45,092 nt of DNA. Origin: Flavobacteriales bacterium (lineage in GTDB: Bacteria; Bacteroidota; Bacteroidia; Flavobacteriales; Flavobacteriaceae). The first letter of the stretch is position 1; every line of letters starts with the position of its first letter. Positions 10,404-20,000 of the stretch are shown in pieces. A program made the translations under genes and the position numbers. Location: assembly GCA_026985675.1 (NCBI GenBank), contig JALSPZ010000109.1, positions 1-45,092 of the forward strand. Reading direction: 5' to 3'. The notes beneath the pieces were generated by a model. The model was not told where the DNA came from. It worked only from the letters and a program-made list of their open reading frames with translations, and searched no databases.

Positions 10404-10471
10404 AATGATTATTTTTATTAGGTGTTAAAATATTTTATAGTTTGCAAAAATAATACAATTTATTTAATAAC

Positions 10472-11044
10472 CTAATTTTTTTTAGGTTGCCAAATTGTTT
10501 CTTTTATTTTCAAATCGATACTCAATTTTCGTGCCAATATGAAAAGATAATCCGACAAACGATTAAGATATTTTATCAATAGTGGGTTTACGGCTTGTGT
10601 TTCATTGATTAAAGTGGTTTTTCTTTCGGCTCTACGTGCTATTGTCCTGCAAATATGACAGATGGATATACGCTCATCCCCTCCAGGTAATACAAAATTT
10701 GTCATCGGGGGGAGTTTTTCATTCATCATATCAATTTTATTTTCTAAAAATTCGATGGATTTTTCATCTATGGGATCTATATCTAGCCTATTTTTTCCAT
10801 TGGCTAATTTTTTTTTATCGGGGTCCAAAGCCAAAAAAGCTCCCAAATTAAAAAGCTCGTTTTGAATTTTTATCAAATCGGTTTTTATTTCTTCGGATTG
10901 GATTTTGTCTCTTAATAATCCTAAAAAAGAATTTAGCTCATCAACCGTTCCGTAAGCTTCAATTCTTTGATGATGCTTGGGAACCCTGGTACCTCCGATT
11001 AGTGCTGTTGTACCTTTATCTCCGGTTTTGGTATAAATTTTCAT
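10472..11044 (-). CDS. ATP:cob(I)alamin adenosyltransferase, PduO type
   Basis: The family signature N-terminus MKIYTKTGDKGTT begins at the internal ATG at 11044. The track ORF extends 9 codons further, to 11071. The rest is collinear with PduO/MMAB-type enzymes. Confidence 0.85.
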   Translation of the reverse strand: MKIYTKTGDKGTTALIGGTRVPKHHQRIEAYGTVDELNSFLGLLRDKIQSEEIKTDLIKIQNELFNLGAFLALDPDKKKLANGKNRLDIDPIDEKSIEFLENKIDMMNEKLPPMTNFVLPGGDERISICHICRTIARRAERKTTLINETQAVNPLLIKYLNRLSDYLFILARKLSIDLKIKETIWQPKKN

Positions 11045-11137
11045 AAGTATTGGGTGTTTAAACTTTTTCAAAAATAATACAATATTTTGTTTGAAAAATT
11101 TTTCAAACGAAATTTAGTAAAGTTTAATGTTCGACAG

Positions 11138-11911
11138 TTATTTTTTATTAGCTTCTCTTATATATTTTTGCAGCGCCATAGTCATTGAAGGTGTCTCGGG
11201 CGTAGGTGCCATAATATCGATTCGCAAGCCTTTTTCTTTGGCTACTTTCAGCGTAGACTTTCCATATACGGCTATCCGCGTATCATTTTGTTCAAAGTCG
11301 GGAAAATTATGAAAAAGCGAATGTATTCCGGAAGGGCTGTAAAATACCAAAATATCATAATAAACATCTTTTAAATCGGATAAGTCGCTGATCTTTGTTC
11401 TAAAAAAGGTTGCCGGTTTCCAATTGATTTTTAGTTCATTAAGTGCTTTGGGCAATTCCGGTTTCAATTTATCGGATGAAGGTAACAGAAATCTTCCTTC
11501 AGGATTTTTTTTGATTATGTTTGCCAAATCTTTAACGGTTTTATTGCCGTATGATATTCTTCGTTTCCTATAAACGATATATCTTTGGAGATACAAAGCT
11601 ATAGCCTCGGACTGGCAATAATATCTCATCGTATTAGGTACTTGGTATCTCATTTCTTCCGCTAAACGAAAAAAATGATCAACCGCATTTCTACTGGTAA
11701 ATATTATAGCATCAAATTCCGAAAGGTTGATTTTTTGTTTTCTGATATCTTTTGCTGTGGCTCCTTCAACATAAATAAACGGACGAAAATCTATCTTTAC
11801 TTTTTCATTTTGAGCCAAAGCTAAATAAGGAGAGTTTTCTGATGTGGGTTCCGGTTGTGAAACCAGTATGGTTTTAACTTTCTTCTTTGGGGTAACTGTT
11901 TTCTCGCTCAT
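11138..11911 (-). CDS. hemD: Uroporphyrinogen-III synthase (HemD-like, Bacteroidota type)
   Basis: The sequence matches the Bacteroidota HemD pattern (ILVSQPEP..., IIFTSRNAVDHFFRLAEE, YCQSEAIALYLQRYIVYRKRRI, VFYSPSGIHSLFHNFPDF, PSMTMAL). The start is placed at MSEKT (11911), which makes an ATGA overlap with the upstream stop. The track ORF runs to 11971. Confidence 0.8.
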   Translation of the reverse strand: MSEKTVTPKKKVKTILVSQPEPTSENSPYLALAQNEKVKIDFRPFIYVEGATAKDIRKQKINLSEFDAIIFTSRNAVDHFFRLAEEMRYQVPNTMRYYCQSEAIALYLQRYIVYRKRRISYGNKTVKDLANIIKKNPEGRFLLPSSDKLKPELPKALNELKINWKPATFFRTKISDLSDLKDVYYDILVFYSPSGIHSLFHNFPDFEQNDTRIAVYGKSTLKVAKEKGLRIDIMAPTPETPSMTMALQKYIREANKK

Positions 11912-12573
11912 AAGGTATGTAAACTTATCCAATATACCAAGTATAATATAGGTATAATTTCCGATGTGCAAAGATACAAAATAATTTGATATCCGGACAA
12001 ATTCAAATGTTTGGAAATAGTTATAAAAAGTGAAAATAAATAAGAAATAAAATATATTAAAAATGCTAATAAGCTAATAATCAAAAATATATTGTTTTTA
12101 TAAGGAAAATAGAAAATTAAAAACGAAAATATAAATAAATAAAAAAACAGATAATTTTCATATACATTTCTGATGAACCTTAATTGTTGAAAATATTTTT
12201 TTCTTTTGAATAAGATTAATACAAAATAATCTGCAAATAATTTAAAAATATTAATGAAAAATATTATTTCAAAAAGTTTTAGAATAATTATTCGATCAAA
12301 GGATTTGGAAAAAGATAAAAAAGCCAAAACCAAAATAATTAATGATAAAAAATTGATTAAAAAATTGATAATGGAATAAAAAGAAAAAGGATGTTTGATA
12401 TGTGGTTCATATTCAAACAAATATACATTTGGGCGATATATGTTTAATAAGTATCTTTTCGGTTCTAACAAACGAATAGCTAATATAAACACAGTAGTAG
12501 CGATAAATAAAGCGGCAAAATATTTTGGGTTGATATGGTCTGGATTAAAGATTTCTTTATAAATTATGTCCAT
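11908..12573 (-). CDS. DUF4271 domain-containing membrane protein
   Basis: 221-aa polytopic, very F/I/L/Y-rich ORF, translationally coupled to hemD. I recall this pairing for DUF4271 in Bacteroidota. Confidence 0.65.
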   Translation of the reverse strand: MDIIYKEIFNPDHINPKYFAALFIATTVFILAIRLLEPKRYLLNIYRPNVYLFEYEPHIKHPFSFYSIINFLINFLSLIILVLAFLSFSKSFDRIIILKLFEIIFFINIFKLFADYFVLILFKRKKYFQQLRFIRNVYENYLFFYLFIFSFLIFYFPYKNNIFLIISLLAFLIYFISYLFSLFITISKHLNLSGYQIILYLCTSEIIPILYLVYWISLHTL

Positions 12574-12607
12574 TTTTAGTTATTTGTGATTGAAATATTT
12601 ACTTTAA

Positions 12608-12615
12608 CAAATGTA
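12608..12615 (-). promoter_or_regulatory. Candidate -7 promoter element for the DUF4271-hemD operon
   Basis: The minus strand reads TACATTTG, an exact match to the Bacteroidota sigma-A -7 consensus TAnnTTTG. It lies 35 nt upstream of the ATG at 12573. Confidence 0.4.
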
Positions 12616-12799
12616 AATTTTAGTTAGTTATTTTTTTTAATTTTATACAAATATAAAATAAAATATACCATTGATACAATGAAACGCGCAGTTTATAAAA
12701 GCACAAAAAATAAAAATGAATTTGCGTTATACATTTGTTTATGAAAATAAGAAATGATTTTTCATATTTCATTGTTTTATTTGTGTTGTTAATTGAGTT

Positions 12800-12836
12800 A
12801 AGCTACTTTCTTATTTGAAAGTAGCTTTTCTTGTTT
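12800..12836 (+). terminator. Orphan rho-independent terminator (no annotated upstream plus-strand gene)
   Basis: Perfect 11-bp stem AAGCTACTTTC (12800-12810) / GAAAGTAGCTT (12817-12827) with loop TTATTT, followed by TTCTTGTTT. The opposite strand has no T-tail. Confidence 0.6.
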
Positions 12837-12934
12837 AGATTGAGATGTTTGGAAAAAAATAATATAAAAAAATGCCTTATGTCATTGTATTCATTTTAAA
12901 AAATTTATAATATTATTAATAAAAATACAAAGTC

Positions 12935-14344
12935 ATGAAAAATAAATATTTTGTATTCAGCTTGTTCTTATTGTTAGGTTTAAAAGGATTGCCCCAGCAA
13001 TTTGATAACAGTAGTTTTGAAAACTGGTTACAAGAACAGTACATTTCTCTGTCTCAATATATGGACAGTGGAGATGAAGGTTTACAAACCATTAGCCATG
13101 AAACAGATGCTCAACATGGAAGCTATTCTGTAAAATTACAAACATCAATTGTTAGTCATGATACGCTTTACGGTTTTTTTATAAACTTTGATCCGGATCA
13201 CGGATTTGAAGGAGGAGACCCTTATGCGCAACACGTAGATTCAATTGTAGGCTATTATAAATCCGGTATTGTTGCACAGGATACGGCTTGGTTCTTATTA
13301 CAATTTAGAAAAATGGGAGCTCCCGTTGGTGCCGCATTAAAGGCATTTACCAATTTAGATAATACAAATGCTTGGACAAAATTTAAATTGGATACCGGTA
13401 TGCCCCCGGGAATAGTGCCTGATACTTTGATTGTAGGAGCTGTAAGCAGTAATGCTTTGAATGAAAATCCGGGTTTGGACGGGGTTACAGACGGTTCATG
13501 GCTTCAATTGGATAATATTAAATTTTATTCGGGTGGTTCGGAAGTAACCCCTATGCCCAATAACGATTTTGAAGATTGGGATGTCAGGACAATTGAAACT
13601 CCCGAGGGGTATTTAACTTCTTTAATTTTTGGTATCAATACAAACCCTTTGACGATTGAAAAAACAACGGATGCAACCGATGGTAATTTTGCTGTTCAAT
13701 TAAATACCGTCGTTTCACAGGATAACGATACAATTGTAGCTGGGATTACCAATGGCAACAGTATAGGATGGCCTCCTAATGGAGGGTTGCCTATAAATAT
13801 CATACCCGATTCTATTTCTTATGATGTGAATATATATAGAGTTACCGGAGGAAATGACGACACATCAGAAATAGGCTTTATTTTTAAATCAAATGGAAAT
13901 ATTCTTCAATATTTTAATAGATATTATGATATATCATCAACCGGCTATGTACACGAGAATATTCCTATTAATTTGGGACAAAATCCGGATACTTTGATTT
14001 TTTATGCTTTAAACGGAAGAACTCCCGGTTCTTATATGAAAATAGATAATTTATACATTCATACCAACTCATCAAGTATAGATGATTTGACTTTCGAGCG
14101 TTTGATAGCTTTTCCTAATCCGGCGGATGATATTTTGTATTTAAGATTTAATGCAACTGAATCTGAAAATATACGAGTCAGGATTTTTGATATAAATGGA
14201 AAAGAACTTATCCGCAAAGACTTGCAAAATTTGCAAGGAAATAAAGACTTAAAAATTAATATAAGTCAATTACCTCCGGGAAATTATATTTATTCCGTTG
14301 AAACAAATAATTCAAAAAAATCTCATGTTTTTATCAAGCGATGA
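12935..14344 (+). CDS. T9SS-secreted protein with two tandem PCMD-like beta-sandwich modules and a Por secretion C-terminal sorting domain
   Basis: 469-aa ORF with an N-terminal signal peptide. The C-terminal ~80 aa (LIAFPNPADDILYLRF...IFDINGKELIRKD...LPPGNYIYSVETNN...) match the T9SS CTD pattern. Two internal modules each open with an FxNxxFExW-type motif (FDNSSFENW, NNDFEDWD). Confidence 0.8.
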   Translation: MKNKYFVFSLFLLLGLKGLPQQFDNSSFENWLQEQYISLSQYMDSGDEGLQTISHETDAQHGSYSVKLQTSIVSHDTLYGFFINFDPDHGFEGGDPYAQHVDSIVGYYKSGIVAQDTAWFLLQFRKMGAPVGAALKAFTNLDNTNAWTKFKLDTGMPPGIVPDTLIVGAVSSNALNENPGLDGVTDGSWLQLDNIKFYSGGSEVTPMPNNDFEDWDVRTIETPEGYLTSLIFGINTNPLTIEKTTDATDGNFAVQLNTVVSQDNDTIVAGITNGNSIGWPPNGGLPINIIPDSISYDVNIYRVTGGNDDTSEIGFIFKSNGNILQYFNRYYDISSTGYVHENIPINLGQNPDTLIFYALNGRTPGSYMKIDNLYIHTNSSSIDDLTFERLIAFPNPADDILYLRFNATESENIRVRIFDINGKELIRKDLQNLQGNKDLKINISQLPPGNYIYSVETNNSKKSHVFIKR

Positions 14345-14371
14345 TTTTAGTTAATAATTATTAACAATAAG

Positions 14372-14395
14372 GGTGGTTAAAATACCACCTTTTTT
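14372..14395 (+). terminator. Rho-independent terminator after the T9SS cargo gene
   Basis: GGTGGT (14372-14377) / ACCACC (14384-14389) with loop TAAAAT, followed by T6. It starts 28 nt after the stop codon. Confidence 0.7.
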
Positions 14396-14447
14396 GGCAT
14401 TATAATTGTCCTTTCATTAAAAAATCATATATTTACTTAAAAAAAGT

Positions 14448-15680
14448 ATGCAAAAGTTTTCTTTATTTTTATTATTCATTTCTTTTCAAACCCAAGCACA
14501 ATGGCAAAAATTGATTATTGAACCGCCCTACTATATTCAAACCGTTCAAGTAAACGACGGAAAATATCCTACACCGTCCAATATCTTACCGCTCAATCAT
14601 AAATTATATGTTTCATTTGATGATTTACAAGCTGATGAAAAAGATTATTATTATAAGATTGTTCGTTATGATGAAAATTGGCAACCCACTCAATTACAAA
14701 TTTCCGAATATATTGACGGATTTGAGTCGGATATAATCACCGGTATTGAACAATCCACCGGGACATTGCAATCTTATACCCATTATTTTTTTTCAATACC
14801 GAATGAGAACACCAGAATTTTATTATCGGGAAATTATATTCTTGAGATTTTGGATGATGAAGATAAAATAGTTTTTAGTAGGGCTTTTATCTTATATGAA
14901 AATAAAGTTGATATCGGTATTCAAATCAAATGGCCCTATGATATAACTGTCAAAGACAAAAAACAAATGTTAGATTTATATTTATATAAAGGAGATTATA
15001 ATATATTTAATGAAAAAGAGTCTTTACAAATAAAGGTTTTACAAAATAACAACTGGCATACTGTAAAGACTTTTAGCACGCCGAGTTCTTATCAGGGAAA
15101 TAAATGGTTATATCATTACCCGTATCAGTTGCTTTTTGACGGGTTAAATGAATTCAGAGCATTTGAAACCAAAGATATTCGCGGGATGAATTACGGTATA
15201 GTTAAACGCGAGTTAGTAGATAATTTATATGATTTCTATATTTATCCTGATTATTATCGTACACATTATTTATCTTATAAAGATATTGACGGAGCTTTTG
15301 TTATCAATTCCGTATCGGCAGGAAACAAAAATACCGAAGCGGATTATGTTTATGTCCATTTTACTTTTGATGGAGATTTGGAATCGGGTGAACATTTGTT
15401 TGTCTCGGGAGCATTCAATAATTATTCACCTGAAGAATATCACGAATTGAAATATAACGAAGAAACCGGCAAATATGAATTATCTTTATTGTTAAAACAG
15501 GGTTATTATAATTATATGTATATGATTAAGAAAAACGGTTATGAAGATTATTCAATAACCGAAGGAAATTTTGCACAAACGGAAAACACATATCAAGTAT
15601 TGGTTTATTATCGCCCTCCAGGGAGCCGTTTTAGTAAAATAATAGGTTACGGTGAAGCAAATTCAGAAAATATTAAATAA
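14448..15680 (+). CDS. DUF5103 / type IX secretion system plug-protein-like
   Basis: 410-aa ORF with a signal peptide (SFQTQAQ). The stretch LYVSFDDLQADEKDYYYKIVRYDENWQPTQLQISEYIDGFE...YTHYFFSIPNEN...SGNYILEI matches my recollection of the DUF5103 (T9SS_plug_1st) consensus. An HMM search is needed to confirm. Confidence 0.55.
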   Translation: MQKFSLFLLFISFQTQAQWQKLIIEPPYYIQTVQVNDGKYPTPSNILPLNHKLYVSFDDLQADEKDYYYKIVRYDENWQPTQLQISEYIDGFESDIITGIEQSTGTLQSYTHYFFSIPNENTRILLSGNYILEILDDEDKIVFSRAFILYENKVDIGIQIKWPYDITVKDKKQMLDLYLYKGDYNIFNEKESLQIKVLQNNNWHTVKTFSTPSSYQGNKWLYHYPYQLLFDGLNEFRAFETKDIRGMNYGIVKRELVDNLYDFYIYPDYYRTHYLSYKDIDGAFVINSVSAGNKNTEADYVYVHFTFDGDLESGEHLFVSGAFNNYSPEEYHELKYNEETGKYELSLLLKQGYYNYMYMIKKNGYEDYSITEGNFAQTENTYQVLVYYRPPGSRFSKIIGYGEANSENIK

Positions 15681-15893
15681 GTTAATCTTAAAAGATTTAA
15701 ATTTTTTTAAACTGGCTTAATTTTTAAAAAATTTTTGATTTTTCATAAAAATCAAAGTTAAAATATTGGAATAATTCGAGATATTTTTTTCATAATCAAT
15801 ATTTTCCAAATAAAAATTCCAGACAATTCTATATTTGTTGTGTTTGTTACACAAGTTGGCTTATTTAGAATAATTCTAAATATCTATAAAACC

Positions 15894-15923
15894 TTGATAA
15901 AAGTCATTTTTTCTCTATATTTG
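15894..15923 (+). promoter_or_regulatory. Candidate promoter of the act (ACIII) operon
   Basis: TTG (15894-15896), then N19, then TATATTTG (15916-15923), fitting the Bacteroidota -33/-7 consensus. It implies a 5' UTR of about 80 nt before actA. Confidence 0.5.
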
Positions 15924-16008
15924 ACGAGCCAAAAAATTATCTTTTTACTTGGCAAATAAAACAGAAAGATAAATAACAAATTATATCAAATTAACTAAAA
16001 ATAAATCT

Positions 16009-16995
16009 ATGAAAAAAAGTATGATGCTATTGGATGTTAGCCGTTTAAGAAGGCTCGGTTTAATGATGTTGCTTTTGGTTTCTTTTTCAGTTTTTGGGAA
16101 TGGAATTAAAAGCAATTTTTATTTAACCACAAATTTGGCCACGGTTTCTTTAGCAAATCCTGGCGAATCGGCTAAAAAAGAAGTTGCCCAAAAGGAGACT
16201 TCAACAGTATCCGAATCCAGACCTTATGACAAAATTGACCCTGAATTTGCTCATATTGGTCCCGGTAACAACACTATTCCTTTTGTTATTGCCTTGATAA
16301 TTTTTATCATTGCATTTGGAGGATTAATCAAAGGGAAAGGAAATGTAAAAAAAATTGCAGGATTGGTTGCTTTGTTGGCATTGGGATATATTGGAAAAAT
16401 AACTTATGTTGAAGCCCGTGCTTTGGGACGTCAACAAGGTTATGCTCCTGTGCAACCAATTTGGTTTTCACACAAAGTACATGTTACACAAAACGGTATT
16501 GATTGTGAGTATTGTCATGTGGATGCAAGAACTAGCCGTCATGCAGGTGTCCCTAGTTTAAATGTTTGTATGAATTGCCACAGTCAAGTTAAGGAAGGAA
16601 CTATCTCCGGTAAAAAAGAAATTGCCAAAATATATGAGCATTTGGGAATCAATCCCAAAACTGGACAAAAAGATAAACCGGGCAAGCCCATACAATGGAT
16701 TAAAGTTCATAATTTGCCCGATCATGTTTATTTTAATCATGCGCAACACGTCCAAGCAGGAAAAGTGGCTTGTCAAGAATGTCATGGTCCTGTAGAAAAA
16801 ATGAATCGTGTTGTTGAATTCAAAGAACTGGCAATGGGTGATTTTTGCTTGGATTGTCATAGAAAAAGAGGGATTGATACTTCTAATCCATATTATAAGC
16901 ATTACGACTTTAAGAAGTTAATGGATAAAGAAGGCATAGATAAAATAACTGTTGACAAAATTGGAGGAGCAGATTGTTCTTCTTGTCATTATTAA
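16009..16995 (+). CDS. actA: Alternative complex III subunit ActA (pentahaem cytochrome c; cytochrome c3 family)
   Basis: 328-aa ORF with N-terminal hydrophobic segments and five CxxCH motifs (CEYCH, CMNCH, CQECH, CLDCH, CSSCH). It is the first gene of an actABCDEF-ordered cluster. Confidence 0.85.
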   Translation: MKKSMMLLDVSRLRRLGLMMLLLVSFSVFGNGIKSNFYLTTNLATVSLANPGESAKKEVAQKETSTVSESRPYDKIDPEFAHIGPGNNTIPFVIALIIFIIAFGGLIKGKGNVKKIAGLVALLALGYIGKITYVEARALGRQQGYAPVQPIWFSHKVHVTQNGIDCEYCHVDARTSRHAGVPSLNVCMNCHSQVKEGTISGKKEIAKIYEHLGINPKTGQKDKPGKPIQWIKVHNLPDHVYFNHAQHVQAGKVACQECHGPVEKMNRVVEFKELAMGDFCLDCHRKRGIDTSNPYYKHYDFKKLMDKEGIDKITVDKIGGADCSSCHY

Positions 16996-17020
16996 TTGTA
17001 AACCGAAAAAATATTTACAG

Positions 17021-20000
17021 ATGAAAAAATATTGGAGAAGTTTAGAAGAGTTGGATGCTGTAAAAAATAGTGAGGCTTTGGAGCCTACGGTGGAGTTTCC
17101 AACAGACGGACTTTCAAAAGAAGAAATAACCAATAAAGTTGTTTCTAATAGGAGAGATTTTTTAAAACTTTTGGGTTTTTCTACGGCTTATGCTGTTGCA
17201 GCTACCAGTTGTCAGCAACCCGTACGTAAGGTAATACCTTATTTACAAAGACCTGAAGGTGTAACGCCGGGAGTAGCTAGTCATTATGCATCTACCTTAT
17301 TTACAACAGATGATTATGCATCTATAGTTGTAAAAGTTAGAGATGGACGTCCTATAAAGATTGAAGGAAATAAGCTTTCAAAAATTACACAAGGAGGTAC
17401 CAATGCACGTATGCAAGCTGCTGTTTTGGATCTTTATGATACGGCAAGATTACAATATCCGGTTAAAAATGGAAAGAAAACTACTTGGAAAACAGTAGAT
17501 GCGGAAATAACAAAAAAATTGGAAGAAACTGCTGCAGCTGGTGAAAAAATTATTATTTTAGCTTCAACGGTCATTAGTCCTTCAACTAAAAAATTATTTG
17601 AAGATTTTAAGACCAAATATCCCACTACGGAAGTTGTTTATTTGGATCCGGTTTCGTATGCTGCTATTATTGATGCCAATGAAGCAAGTTTTGGAAAAGC
17701 AGCAATTCCATCATATCATTTTGATAAAGCAAATGTGATAGTGGGATTTAATGCGGACTTTTTAGGAACTTGGTTATCACCTGTTCAATTTTCAGCAGAT
17801 TATGCCAAAACTCGTGATTTGACTACCGGCAAAACTGAAATGTCACGTCATTATCAATTTGAAACCTTAATGAGCTTGACCGGAAGTAATGCAGATTATC
17901 GAACGATTATTAAACCGGCACAAGAAAAGAAACTTCTGATCAAATTATATAATGCTATAGCAGCCGCTACGGGCAATGCAACCATTAAAGAATTACCTTG
18001 TGAAATTAAGTTGGATAAAGTTGTTAAAGAGCTTTTGGCAAACAAAGGTAAATCCTTAGTAGTTTCTGGCACCAATGATAAAGCTATTCAATTATTGGTC
18101 AACGGAATCAATAATATGTTGGGTAATTACGGAAATACTTTGGATATCCAAAAAGAAACTTTGTTAAAACAAGGCAGAGACAGTCAAGTTCATCAAGCAT
18201 TTACCGATATGAAAGACGGTAAAGCGGGAGCCGTAATTTTTTACAATACCAATCCCGTTTATACTTGTCCCAACGGAAAGAAAAAAGCCGAGATCATAAA
18301 GAAACTAAAATTATCCGTAGCTATTTCGGATAAAATAGACGAAACGGCTAAAAACACTCAATATGTTTTACCCGATAGTAACTTCTTGGAATCTTGGAAT
18401 GATGCCGAACCTATCAAAGGCTCTTTTAGTTTGGGACAGCCCACTATAAATAAACTATGGGATACTCGTCAAGCACAAGAAGGATTTATGAAATGGGCGG
18501 GTATTGACGGTTCTTACTATGAATATATCAAAAAATATTGGCACGAGAATATTTTACCTAAAAAAGAAGTAGCTAATGATGAAAATACCGATGAAACCAA
18601 TGAAGCAATAAAAGATTTTGCCAGCGGTTGGACCAAAGCCCTTCAAGATGGGGTTTATGAGGTGGAAGTAACGGGTGATGCTCCGGCATTTAATCCTACA
18701 TCCATAACAGACAATATCGATTTGATAACTAACTTCAAAAAACCTGAAGGCTTAAGTTTGACAGTTTATGAAAGTGTTGGAATGGGAACAGGTTTATATG
18801 CTAATAATCCTTGGTTACAAGAATTACCCGACCCTATTACCAAAGTAACTTGGGATAATTATGTTGCGGTTTCTCCAAAATTAGCAAAAGAAAAAGGTTG
18901 GAAACAAGAAGATGTAGTAAAAGTAAAAACCAAAAATTATGAAGTGGAACTGCCAGTATTGATTCAACCCGGACAAGAATCTTCCACTGTTGCTATCAAA
19001 TTAGGATATGGTAGAACGGAAGCAGGTCCGATTGCCGAACAAACCGGAGGAGCAAATGCAGCTGGTTTTATTTATGCAAAAGAAGGATACAGACAGTATA
19101 CCGGTATACCTGTAGAAGTAACAGCTACCGGAAAAACTTATGAACTTGCCCAAACTCAGACGCATGATGTAATGGAAGGACGCGGTTCTATCATAGCTCG
19201 TGAGACTACGCTTAAAGAATGGCAAAAAGATAAGCACTCGGGCAATGAAGCACATGTTTTCTTTAAAGATAAATTGGAACACGTCAATTTATACAAAAAA
19301 GGATATAACGAAGATCATTATGTAGGTCATCATTGGGGACTAGCCATTGATTATAACAAATGTACCGGATGTAGTGCTTGTATAATTGCTTGTCAAGTAG
19401 AAAACAATATTGCTATTGTAGGAAAAGAACAAGTGAAACGTCGTAGAAATATGCACTGGTTACGTGTAGATAGATACTATTCTACGGGAGAGGATAAATT
19501 GTATGCTACACCGGAAGAAAATCCCGAAGTATTCTATCAACCCATTATGTGTCAGCACTGTGATAACGCTCCTTGTGAGAACGTTTGTCCTGTTGCTGCA
19601 ACACCACATACCAACGAAGGTTTGAATAGTATGGCATATAACCGTTGTATCGGAACGCGTTATTGTATGGCAAACTGTCCTTATAAAGTAAGAAGATTTA
19701 ACTGGTTTAACTTTGTGGAAGGTGGAGATTATAACTACCTATTCAATGATGAAGTTAAACGTATGGTATTGAACCCTGATGTTGTAGTACGTCAAAGAGG
19801 GGTAGTGGAAAAATGTACAATGTGTATCCAAAGAATACAAGAAGGAAAATTGAAAGCTAAAACAGAAGGACGTGAATTAAGAGACGGAGAAATTGAAGTG
19901 GCTTGTGAACAAGCTTGTCCTTCAAATGCTATTGTATTTGGAGATACCAATATGGATGGAGCAAGAATTATAAAACTTTTCCAAGACGAACGTTCATACG

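Noticed and set aside
11045-11137. Possible cobalamin riboswitch upstream of the PduO-type adenosyltransferase.
   Set aside because: The upstream spacer is under 100 nt and AT-rich. It is too short for a cobalamin aptamer of about 200 nt, and no B12-box-like sequence is visible.
16952-17020. Upstream extension of actB overlapping the actA 3' end. Similar questionable track starts are GTG at 22031 (actE), TTG at 24044 (SPOR gene), 35306 (tex), 11971 (hemD) and 11071 (PduO-type gene).
   Set aside because: In each case an internal ATG gives the family-typical N-terminus, such as a signal peptide, lipobox, Tat motif or the MKIYTKTGDKGTT signature. Those starts also avoid overlapping promoter boxes or neighbouring genes.
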